64,000 nt of DNA, taken from NCBI RefSeq assembly GCF_001194135.2, contig NC_068987.1, forward strand, positions 54,274,530-54,338,529, given 5' to 3'. A program made the translations under genes and the position numbers. Within the stretch, counting starts at the first letter, position 1; each line of letters begins with the position of its first letter. Shown piece after piece: positions 1 through 10,353 of this stretch. The notes under the pieces are model-generated. The model saw nothing but the letters and a program-made list of their open reading frames with translations. It made no database searches and was not told where the DNA came from. This stretch comes from Octopus bimaculoides (lineage: Eukaryota).

Positions 1-202
1 GTGGTGGTGGTGGTGGTAGTATTGATATTGAGGTTGACAATGACGATGATGACAACGAAGACGATAGTGACAGCGACGACGATAACGACGACAGCGACGA
101 CACGGATGACGACGGTGATGATACGACGACAATGATGACGATGATGATGATGACGACGACGACGGCCACGACGACAACGACGACGACGGCCACGATGACG
201 AT

Positions 203-234
<32 letters not shown>

Positions 235-285
235 TGACGATGATGATGATGACGATGATGGTGGTGGTGACAATGATGATGAAGC
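1..285. repeat. Imperfect (GAC/GAT/GGT)n trinucleotide repeat
   Basis: Seen directly; overlaps the 3' part of the minus-strand ORF. Confidence 0.9.
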
Positions 286-1210
286 CATCGAAAAATTCCG
301 ATAACGAACCAGCAGTACATTTCATCATTCTATAATGTTCCTTCAATTCCTTGCAGAGAAAAGTAGAAATTCTTTCGATTTTGTTCTGTCCTTCTTTAGG
401 GTTGTCTACTGGATTCTGCTCGTTGGAATCTGGAACGTCCGATGATAAAGATGCTTCCACGATTTCCGTCATAATCCGATGATGTACGTCTGTCTCTTTC
501 TTGCGGCACAGATTTTCGACTTCCAACAGGAATTTATTGCGATCTTTCTCAAATGTATAACTGTCTATATAATCGGATTTGAGTAAGGAATTAGGTCTCC
601 GATAGAAAACTTCGTGAAGATATGAAGATTCTGAGTGAGACCGCAAGAAAGACGGAGCCACACTAATCTGTTTCCGCTTTAGATGGCCACCCAGCAATAT
701 GAACGGGTTTTGATGTAGTTGATGACTAACTTGTGTAGAAGATTTATCAGAATTCTCTGAAGTACATTCTTTTTGGCTACTTTCAAAAGAAAATTTATGG
801 TTCTGTATTGGATTGTATGTTGAAATGTCTTCGTCTAATATTGCTGCACTTTGAAAAGAAGCTGACCTAAACATGGACTCATGTCGGTGATTGCCAGAGT
901 TTAGGACATAAGGGAAATCATACTTTAAACATCTATCCATTTCTTCGTAGCTGTTTTCAGTCTCAGCGTCTGAAGAGTTCTCATCACTTACCTGACAAAT
1001 TTTATCATCAAGAGAATCTTCACTCGATTGATCGATCGTATTTAATTGTAATTCAGAAGAAGACTGGATGTTCGTAGATTTTAACACAATTTTATCTAAA
1101 ATATGTTCAACAAAAGAGGCAGCAAAACTAGACAAGTCTGTATTTGATGAACTTGTCTGTAGTGGAGGTTCTTTGCACATTGAGAAATGAGTCTTTTCCG
1201 AAGACGACAT
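1..1210 (-). CDS. Unknown protein-coding exon/ORF, at least 403 codons, open past the window edge (MSSSEKTHFSMCKEPPLQ...ELKEHYRMMKCTAGSLSEFFDGF, then a repeat-encoded Val/Ile, Ser and Pro tail)
   Basis: Manual minus-strand translation shows no stop from the ATG at 1210-1208 down to position 1, with an in-frame TGA upstream near 1307. About 310 codons are non-repetitive, Ser/Glu/Asp-rich sequence, which is unlikely by chance at this AT content. No family recognised. Confidence 0.6.
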
Positions 1211-1615
1211 TCTTTGTGCACTTATAGTTCTGGTTAATTTTTTCGGTACAAGTGTACGTTTTGAACACAACGGTCGCCAGAACGAACCAAAATATGCCGT
1301 GTTATATCAGTAATTTAAACATCAAAAGCAAGAAAAATGTTCGGGCGTTTTATTTGCGCTGCTTCAACGCCGAAGTTTCACACGCTGTCGGCACAACATT
1401 TCAGACGTTCGTCACGAGGAATCTAGCAGAGTATTATGAAGAAATTTTACACACTATTTGAAACAAAGCATGGCTGTATGATTAATAAAAACAAATCGCT
1501 TCTGAACCATTGGGTTTTAGGTTCAGTCATACTATAAGGTAACTTGAGTAAGTATTTCTTTGATAGCCTTGGATTGGTCAATATCTGATGAGCAAAATAC
1601 AGTAAGCAGAAACTC

Positions 1616-1647
<32 letters not shown>

Positions 1648-1668
1648 TGTGTGTGNNNNNNNNNNCTC

Positions 1669-1700
<32 letters not shown>

Positions 1701-1704
1701 TGTG

Positions 1705-1736
<32 letters not shown>

Positions 1737-1744
1737 TGTGTGTG

Positions 1745-1775
<31 letters not shown>

Positions 1776-1818
1776 ATGTGTGCGTGTGTGCATGTGTGCG
1801 TGCGTGCGTGTGCGTGTG
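1616..1818. repeat. (GT)n/(GTGC)n compound microsatellite with an assembly gap
   Basis: Seen directly; source of spurious CV/HT ORFs. Confidence 0.95.
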
Positions 1819-2487
1819 TAAGTTGCTCTACATTGGGGTACTATCTAAAAGCGTGTATCTCAAGGTAAACTTACCCATTTGGTATCCAGGGACTAGTTAA
1901 ATGAGTACCAGACTAGACTAAGTGCTGCGATTGATATAACAAACTAAAACCTTTGAAAGTGTTGCCCCAGCTTGGTCGCAATTCGGTGACTGAAAAAACA
2001 ATAAAACCAATAAAAGAAAAAAAATGCAACACAATTACTGAAATTTCAATTCAAGAATTTTCTTTTCAGCTTGTTATTGTTCTAGGGTATTCTTCAACAC
2101 ACACACCTTCTTGGATCTTCGGGCTCTGTGGCTGAGGTACTATTTGAGCCCCTATCGCACAGACATTGGATATATCTTTCATCCTTCATCATTTACTTGT
2201 TTTAGTCCTTAGACTTCGGCCATGATGGGTCACCGTCTTGAAGAGAAGAGTTTATTCGAACAAATCGACCCCAGCGGTTTTTTTTTTTCTAAGCCTGATA
2301 TTAATTCTATCGTTTTCGTTTTACCGAATTGCTAAGTTACGAGAACATCCACAAACCAGCATCGGTTGTCAAGCAGTGGTGATGGGGACAAACACAAGTA
2401 CAAAGACGTACACACATAGATATATACGTACATTTACATACAAATACATATGTGAATATGTGTGTGTGAGTGTGTGCGTGCGTTGTT

Positions 2488-2527
<40 letters not shown>

Positions 2528-3364
2528 GTAGGTAGGTAGGTAGGCAGACAGACAGACAGATACATATGTTCTTTTTTTATGAATTAAGGTTAGGGTAAAT
2601 TGAAATTCAGTTTTAAAAAATTGTAAAAATATCACCAAAATAATTTTATTGAATTCTAATTCGAGTTATAATCTTAATTTCCGGTTCTCCTCAATTTCAG
2701 CAACACATCAAACAACAAAAACAGCAACAAGATATCGAGTAAAACAACCACTGAAATTCATATGAAACAAAAAAATATGCTTTCATTACTTGTAATAGCT
2801 ATCATGGAACGACCGATTTCACGTTCCTTTTTGAAAACGAGGCGTAAAAGCATTCCACAACTCCTCCTTTTCAATGAGAAATTTAATCTACATGTTATGA
2901 AGATGACTGCCAGTAACCTACAGATTCTTATTCCTGGTGAGAGGCACATTCACCAACGTTTACTTTTTCCACACGTCGGCTTCGTCTTGATCGACATTGA
3001 AGAGAAGTCCACACTACTAGATGTGTAGTGATCACTGATTAGGAATAAATATGAAGCTCTTGATCCAAACGGACCAGGAGAGGTTCAAAATCATCTCTGA
3101 TTAGACTGACTTTTTTTCTTTTCTGTTTTGCTGAGTCTGGAGTAAAAGACAGTGCTCAAGACCTTTGCAGGTCCTCCAGGACCGGCGAAGGTGACACCGT
3201 TAATGTTCTGTTTAAACTACAGCAAGTCAACAGCTGCAGGAAAAAACATGAACAGCGAGATTTCAAAGAGTTGAAATTCTGTGGTGATAGAAGGAAGAAG
3301 ACCAAGTTGCCACATCTGTAAAGCTGCAAACCAACTGACGGTCTTCTGTGTACTGTGTGTTGGC

Positions 3365-3730
3365 ACTCCGTCGCTTACGACGTCGAGGGTTCCAGTTGAT
3401 CCGATCAACGGAACAGCCTGCTCGTGAAATTAACGTGCAAGTGGCTGAGCACTCCACAGACACGTGTACCCTTAACGTAGTTCTCGGGGATATTCGGCGT
3501 GACACAGTGTGACAAGGCTGACCCTTTGAATTACAGGCACAACAGAAACAGGAAGTAAGAGTGAGAGAAAGTTGTGGTGAAAGCGTACAACAGGGTTCGC
3601 CACCATCCCCTGCCGGAACCTCGTGGAGCTTTAAGTGTTTTCGCTCAATAAACACTCACAACGCCCAGTCTGGGAATCGAATCCGCGATCCTATGACCGC
3701 GGATCCGCTGCCCCAACCATTGCGCCTCCA
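3365..3730 (-). mobile_element. tRNA-derived SINE (family D; head TGGAGGCGCAATGG...GATTCGATTCCC)
   Basis: A-box/B-box-like head on the minus strand. A related body sequence recurs near 25060-25170. Confidence 0.7.
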
Positions 3731-4235
3731 TTTCTGTGTACTATGGATGGTATAAAGAAAGAAAACTCCTACTGCTGCTGATACCACAAACACAAACAAC
3801 AGCAGCAGCAATGTGCAATGACAGCAGCAGTACCAGTAACTGCAGCTGTAATAACAAAGCAGCAACAATAGCAGTAACAAAATTAACAGTATCAAAAACA
3901 GCAGCAGCAACAAAAATTCCAATCACAGCAGCCGTAAAACTACCGACAACAACACAACGACTCAGTAACACAATGTGTTACTTTGCTCCATTCTCCGCAA
4001 TGCACATACGTGCGAATACCTCTTCCCTATCATTTGCTTCAGAAATCAATCTCAGATACACGTGAAAAAGCATGCTACAGAAGTCCATCGTAAAAAAGAA
4101 ACATAAAATTTAACGAGGGTCACCCTAAGCAGAAACCTGAAAAGCTCAAAGGATTAATGGAGGAGCATTTTTCAACCATCCACGTAGTCACACCACCAGA
4201 TCCAGCACAGCAACACCACCAGTATTACAACGTCA

Positions 4236-4380
4236 TCCGTCTTTACGTTCTGAATTCAAATTCCACCGAAGTCGACTTTGCCTTTCATCCATTCGGGATC
4301 TATAAGATAAGTACCAGTTGAGCACTGGAGTCGATGTAATTGACTTACCCCCTCCCCCAAAATTGCTGGCCTTGAGCAGC
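4236..4380 (+). mobile_element. tRNA-derived SINE family B, 5'-truncated
   Basis: GTTCTGAATTCAAATTCCACCGAAGTCGACTTTGCCTTTCATCC is shared with the copies at 26909, 30038, 41010, 41217 and 57414. Confidence 0.75.
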
Positions 4381-4662
4381 AAAATGGCAGAGTCGTCGGA
4401 GCGGCAGATTTATTCCGAGTTTTTGTGCTCTTAGTTCAAATCCCGACGAGGTCGGTTTTTTCCTTTCATCAACAACAGGAAAACTTTCGAAAGCATCGAC
4501 AACCGAAGAAAATGAAACAACAACGGCGGTGCCCCAGCATGGCCACATCTCACGAGCTGAAACTAGTAAAAGACGAAGAAAAAAGAGTAAATTCCAACAA
4601 CACGTCCAAAAGTTAATCACGCCATAACTATCCTTCATCATTTTCCCCGATATAAATAAATA

Positions 4663-4877
4663 CGAGTGTACTGAAAATTTCCTGGCTTTGGGTAAAAGCA
4701 AATGCAGAAGTATCAGTTAATCATGATTTTATTCAACATATTCCCCTCTCAGATTCACACATTTATTGCAATGGTCCTTCAGTACTTCTAAGCCCTGTAA
4801 AAGATTTCGGGATATTGGGCCTCCAGCCAAGCCTTTCGCGAAACCCTTAAAGCCAGAAACTTTTCGGCACCCCCTCG
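4663..4877. mobile_element. About 215-bp mariner-type MITE, copy 1
   Basis: TIRs CGAG(G)GTGCTGAAAAGTTCCTGGCTTT-like, TA flanks at 4661-4662 and 4878-4879. Three more copies in the window. Confidence 0.85.
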
Positions 4878-5464
4878 TACAACAGAGATATAATAACTAG
4901 AAAGAGACAAAAGTTCGAGATGCTTGTCCACAGCTTGTCACCTCGTAAAAGAAATGAAAATCATCCACAAACAATTATTAGAAATGTTTTCTAAAGAAAT
5001 ATCTTTAAATGAAAAGTAATGGGGAGCTTCCAGAACAGAGCTGACAAAAGACTTTTGGACAAGCTTTTCGAGGAACGCGAGTCAACTGCTGGGAAAACCG
5101 GATCACCTGTCTTTCCACATGTTTAAGTTATGTAATCTTTTTCACCCCGCCCACCCCTGCATTTTTTTTTTATCTGTATTACTGATAAAATATAAATGTA
5201 CCTGACCTGGGACTACCTTGAAAGCAACATCCAAAAGCACTGGATATACAGTTGTGAGCAAAAGTTTTGAACGTAGGTTTGAAAATTAGGATTTTTATAT
5301 TAAATGCCCAAATTATATTTACTTTGCAATATATTATTACTTGACCAATTTGGAATATAGGTCTGAAAATTATCAAGTATATCTCTACATTGTATATATT
5401 TGAATCAAATTGTACTTGGGCATAACAATTTTAATTTTTTTCTTTTAAATGTTCCAACTTTTGG

Positions 5465-6400
5465 GCATGACTATAATACCACAAGGTTTCCGTGTTGCAT
5501 CACTCGCAGCTATCCTCGATGACTACGAGATATACTGGTCTTGGATCAGGATGCCGAATGGTAGATGTTTCGGAGTGTTTCAGATCTGAAGGTGCGACCG
5601 ATTTTCTGAACCGGAATGGTAAGCCGGTGGTCCGGGAAGTGGACCGCTGCGGAAGTAGTACTTTGAAGCAGTGGCTATGATCCGAAACGGTCAAGGATGA
5701 TGGATTTCTCCAGACGTCTCGAAGCTTTTTGGGGGGACATTTTGCTCTTTAGTACTGTGCAAGACATAAATGTCATTTTAGACGCACGTTAGAATTGTGA
5801 GGGGTTATCAAGTAGAAAAGTGCGATGTAAAAACTCGCAAACTAACCCAAACAATTCCAACAGCCTAACGTGTACCGACTGGTCGCACCAAATATAGTAG
5901 TGTGAACATGGAGCAATTGCACCGGGACATCCAGATCGTATCTATCTAGGGTATTATTTGGGTCAACAGACGGGAACTATGAATAACATCAAGAAACGCC
6001 TGCCCTGGCAGTGCTGAGGGAGGAGATGGAGTTATTGCCTGAACGAGACAAACTCTACAATCGCGGGTCTATCCCGAAGTACCTTCAGTCTGACTTGTCG
6101 GAACAATGAACAATGAAATGCACTCGTTCAGTATCCAGGCATCACTGGACTGTGGAGGTATGTCGAATAGTTGCCATCGCGTGTTGGTCATATTCGACTA
6201 TCGTTCAAGTCCATGCCGAGGATCGCCCGCCGCCTTCTATGACTCTGAAAGGCAGGTACTTTCTCTTCCTGGAGGCTATGGTGAAACAGGTTATGTGGAG
6301 AACGAGACTGAAACGAATGAGGACGGACACTTTCCTCTGTGAGCTTTCATCAGCTTTTTCAAGTTTCGCTTGACAAGAAGGGTGAGTGAGCGGAAGGAGA
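5465..6400 (+). mobile_element. Degenerate L1/Tx1-like LINE ORF2 remnant (endonuclease plus C-terminal region, RT apparently absent)
   Basis: Frameshifted fragments resemble APE motifs (DINVILDAR; YRLVAPNIVV*TW...RSYLSRV), followed directly by LPERDKL and HWT/GLWRYVE-type C-terminal motifs. Family call is from recalled motifs. Confidence 0.6.
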
Positions 6401-7139
6401 AGTCCCACCACTACCACCACCACCCCGTACACTTATTGAGATGTGAGTGAGCGTGGTTAATGGGGCACGAATAGGCGAAACTACTTAAATATGTGCTTGC
6501 AGGTCGGCAGAAGTTAAACGAGTAAGGGCATTTTCCCTCCCCACTTGAAGGGATAACTTTTTTTTTTTTAGTTTTGTTGAAAGATAGCTCCTTTGATTGA
6601 CCTTCGTAGCTGTTTTTGTTGTTTTGTTTCTATTATTTTGGGGGGGGGGATTTTTATTTATTGAAACACTCTTGTTATCTTTTGCTTATGTTATTCTTTT
6701 TTTTTTATTCACTTTAGGCAAATCTTCCCTTGTATAGCATCTTCTCTTTTTATCTACTCTCCCTCTTTTTTTAGCCCTTGTGGCAGAGAAAAAGTTATCA
6801 AGACTGTAGATTGACAGAACTGTTAGAGTGTCGAATAAAATGCATTCTGGTATTTCTTCCGATACTTAACGTTCTGAGTTCAAATTCAATCATTTATCTC
6901 TTCGAGATCGATAAAATGAAGAGCCAATCAATTACTAAAATCAATGTTATCGACAAACCCGCTTCCTTCAGAAATGCTGGCCTAGTGCCTAATTTAAAAA
7001 ATTATTATCATCGTTGTTTTCAGTGGTGTTTTCTTAGCTATTTTACTCTTGCATGTCTTATTCAATAAAATCCAAATGAGAAATGGAATAAAAGTTACTG
7101 AGGGTACTGTTTTCCAGTAACACCGGCCCTGCTTTTAAA

Positions 7140-7215
7140 ATGGCCATGCGTAACAACACACTTCGCGTGTTGGAGTTATATAGCGGTATAGGGGGAATGC
7201 ATTACGCTTTACAAG
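7140..7215 (+). CDS. TRDMT1: TRDMT1 exon 1 ([25 protein letters not shown])
   Basis: ATG at 7140 (second in-frame ATG at 7146), motif I, donor G|GTAAGA at 7216, phase 1. Confidence 0.95.
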
Positions 7216-8479
7216 GTAAGAGTTCTAATTAGTAAGATCATGTTGATTCGATTGATGTTCAGTGACGATATTGATACGTAGAGTAGTGTTTTTCCATTTA
7301 ACTGCTTTAAATTCCTATCTCCTGTCTACACTTAGTCTTTCGTAAACACTATCGCGGAACTGTACCTCCCGGCTTAGTTTCGATTTACAGTAAGATTATA
7401 TGTCAGTTAGGCTAGTAAATCTTACGAAATGAACTTTACAAAATGTCGATACCTGTCCTGTATAACTTCCTTATAGTCTGTCCAAAGAAGTTTATATTTA
7501 GGTATCGAGAATACAGGCAAAACCGTCTGGATTCCATTCTTATATTTTATTTTACTTACGTTGCTAGTCATCTGTACAAAGGCACGAACCTCGCATATTT
7601 TTATTTAATTTATCTTCTCTTATAAAACTAATACTTTTTAAAGTACCAGCACGTGTTGTTGGACAATCAAATTAGTATAAATCTAAACTAAATGTCTAGA
7701 TGTCTCCTAAACCACGTGGAGATGCTTTGAGAAGGGATGCTTAACTCCGCTGTTACTTGTGATACAGGTGAAAGGTAAATCTCTTGGGAATCAGTTGGTA
7801 CCTTAAAAGGAGGTACCTACTTATGTGAAGTAAGGTATTATAGGATATCGTGATTTGCTCCGAACCGACGAAATACCAACAGTGGGTTTGAACTGCAGTC
7901 TGTGATGTAATAGTTGACGATCGTAAAAATGCGATCATTTCGCTTCTACTCATAACAAATACTTTAAAAAATCAAGTTTTTTCCCTGTCATTTCCGAGTT
8001 CGAATCCCTTCGAGGTCGACTTTATATCTTTATTGTTCTTAGGGTTATGAAATAAGCACCAATAACATGGATCGCTGTCTACAGCTGATCGTGTGCCAAT
8101 ATATGTTTGTGTGTGTGTATTATTTTATTTGTTTCAGTCATTTGACTTCGGCCATGCTGGAGCATCGCCTTCAGTTAAACAAATCGAAACCAGGGCATAT
8201 TCTTTATAAGCCCAGTACTTATTCTATCGTTCTTTTTTGCTGAACCTGTAAGTTACGGAGACGTAAACACACCAGCATCGGTTGTCAAGCGATACTGGAG
8301 AGACAAGCACATAGATATATATACGACAGGCTTCTTTCAGTTTCCGTCAACCAAATCCACTCACAACACTTTGGTCGGCCCGAAGCTATAGTAGAAGACA
8401 CTTGCCCAAGGTACCACGCAGTGGAACTGAACTCGGAACCATGTGGTTGGTAAGCAAGCTACTTACCACACAGCCACTG

Positions 8480-8519
<40 letters not shown>

Positions 8520-10310
8520 GTTGCCCGAAATGATTACAGCTGCGCTTAAAACTAAGTCCTCTTATCGGTTCGATTTGCTGGAAACTCTCACCTCTGCCTC
8601 TGCGGAATTTTCCAGGAAAAATAAAAGAAACAGAACTGAAAGGAAACGAACGTGCGAATTAGTGTGAAAACAAAACGAATTGTCACGAATACCACGTTTG
8701 TTTTGTTTCACATTTAGTATGTGCGTCACATACAGAACAATGCCATTGTTAGTTATTTTCAGTGACTTTGAGAAAGGCATAAATGTGGCACAATCCCCCT
8801 CAAAACATTAAATGGTGTGGTCGAAGAGTTGCATTCCATTAACGCTTCTTCGAGTTTACTACAGGAGTTGCTTCCCCTACCCTGTCAGCTTCGCACCCAT
8901 ACAGGCAAGGGAGATAACTTGCTTAGTACATGTTCCTTGTAACCCTGAGGCTGTTTAGAACATTGCGACAACTTTATTTCGATCTGAGGAAGAGTTTGCT
9001 GTATCTGCGTGGCGCAAAGCATATCTGATGCTTAGTATAATGGATCACAGTAGCTAATATGCATCTTGTGGGCTTAATAATTAAATAATTCGGTGATATT
9101 TAGCCTCCTGTTGTTTGAAGCCTTGCTATTTCTTAGCTTTTGAAGTACCACGTAGAGATCCACAAGTTAGTTCAACGATGATTGACGAAAAAGCTAAGAT
9201 TGTCTAGAGCAATGGTTCTCCACTCAGTATCATTTTGACTTTAACTAATTATCCCCAAATCACTTTAAAAATATATATCATCATCATCATCGTTTAACGT
9301 CCGCTTTCCATGCTAGCATGGGTTGGACGATTTGACTGAGAACTGGTGAACCAGATGGCTACACCAGGCTTCAATCTGATCTGGCAGAGTTTCTACAGCT
9401 GCATGCCCTTCCTAACGCCAACCACTCAGAGAATGTAGTGGGTGCTTTTACGTGCCACCAGCACGAAGGTCAGTCAGGAGGTACTGGCAACGGCCACGTT
9501 CGAAATGGTGTATTTTACGTGCCACCTGCACAGGAGCCAGTCCAGCGGCACTGGCAATGATCTCGCTCAAATGTCTTTTCACATGCCACTGGTACAAGTG
9601 CCAGGAAGGCGACGTTGGTAACGGTCACGCTGAAATGGTGCTGTTTACGTGCCACCGGCACGAAAGCCAGACAGCTGGTGCTCTGGCAATGATCACGCTC
9701 GGACAGACTTAATAATTGTTTTTGTCCGTATATATCATCAGCATGTAGATGTGTGTATGTGTGACTATATAGTTCATAGATGAGATTCAGATACTCTCCG
9801 TCTAGAATACACCTGGTAGTGCTCAAGAGGTTAAAACTTGAGCTGGTAGAGGAGTAAATGTAAGGACAAACAAGTTAGACAGGTCGATATACAGAGGATA
9901 TTTAATACATTAAATACTAAAAATGCAAAAGATGTATAGGTGTTTAGATACAAAAAATGTCCGACTTAGAATAGAAAAGATATCAAAAATTAAAGGGGAT
10001 GAAGAAAAGTGTTACAAATCCATCAGCTGTTTCTGGGGGCTCAGTGGTCCAAATTAATTATTGTAAATTGATTCCATTGTCAGAATCTTTTACTTGTTTC
10101 AGTCATTTCACTGTGGCCATGCAGGAATACCACCTTGAAGGGTTTTCGGCTGAACAAATTGACCCCAGGACTTACTTTATGTATATTTTTTAAGCCAAGT
10201 ACTTATTCTATCTCTTTTTTCCAGACTGCTAAGTTATAGGGTCGTAAACACACCAATGCTGGTTGTAAAGCGGTGATGAGAGAACAAACACACACACACA
10301 CACATAAATA

Positions 10311-10353
<43 letters not shown>

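Noticed and set aside
1532-1900. ORFs of CV/HT/YI dipeptides (also at 10229, 50582, 53208-53697 and 56569)
   Set aside because: Translations of dinucleotide microsatellites and N gaps.
9441-9703. CRISPR-like array
   Set aside because: The units are contiguous diverged repeats with no unique spacers, they lie inside a LINE 3' end, and there are no cas genes in this eukaryotic DNA.
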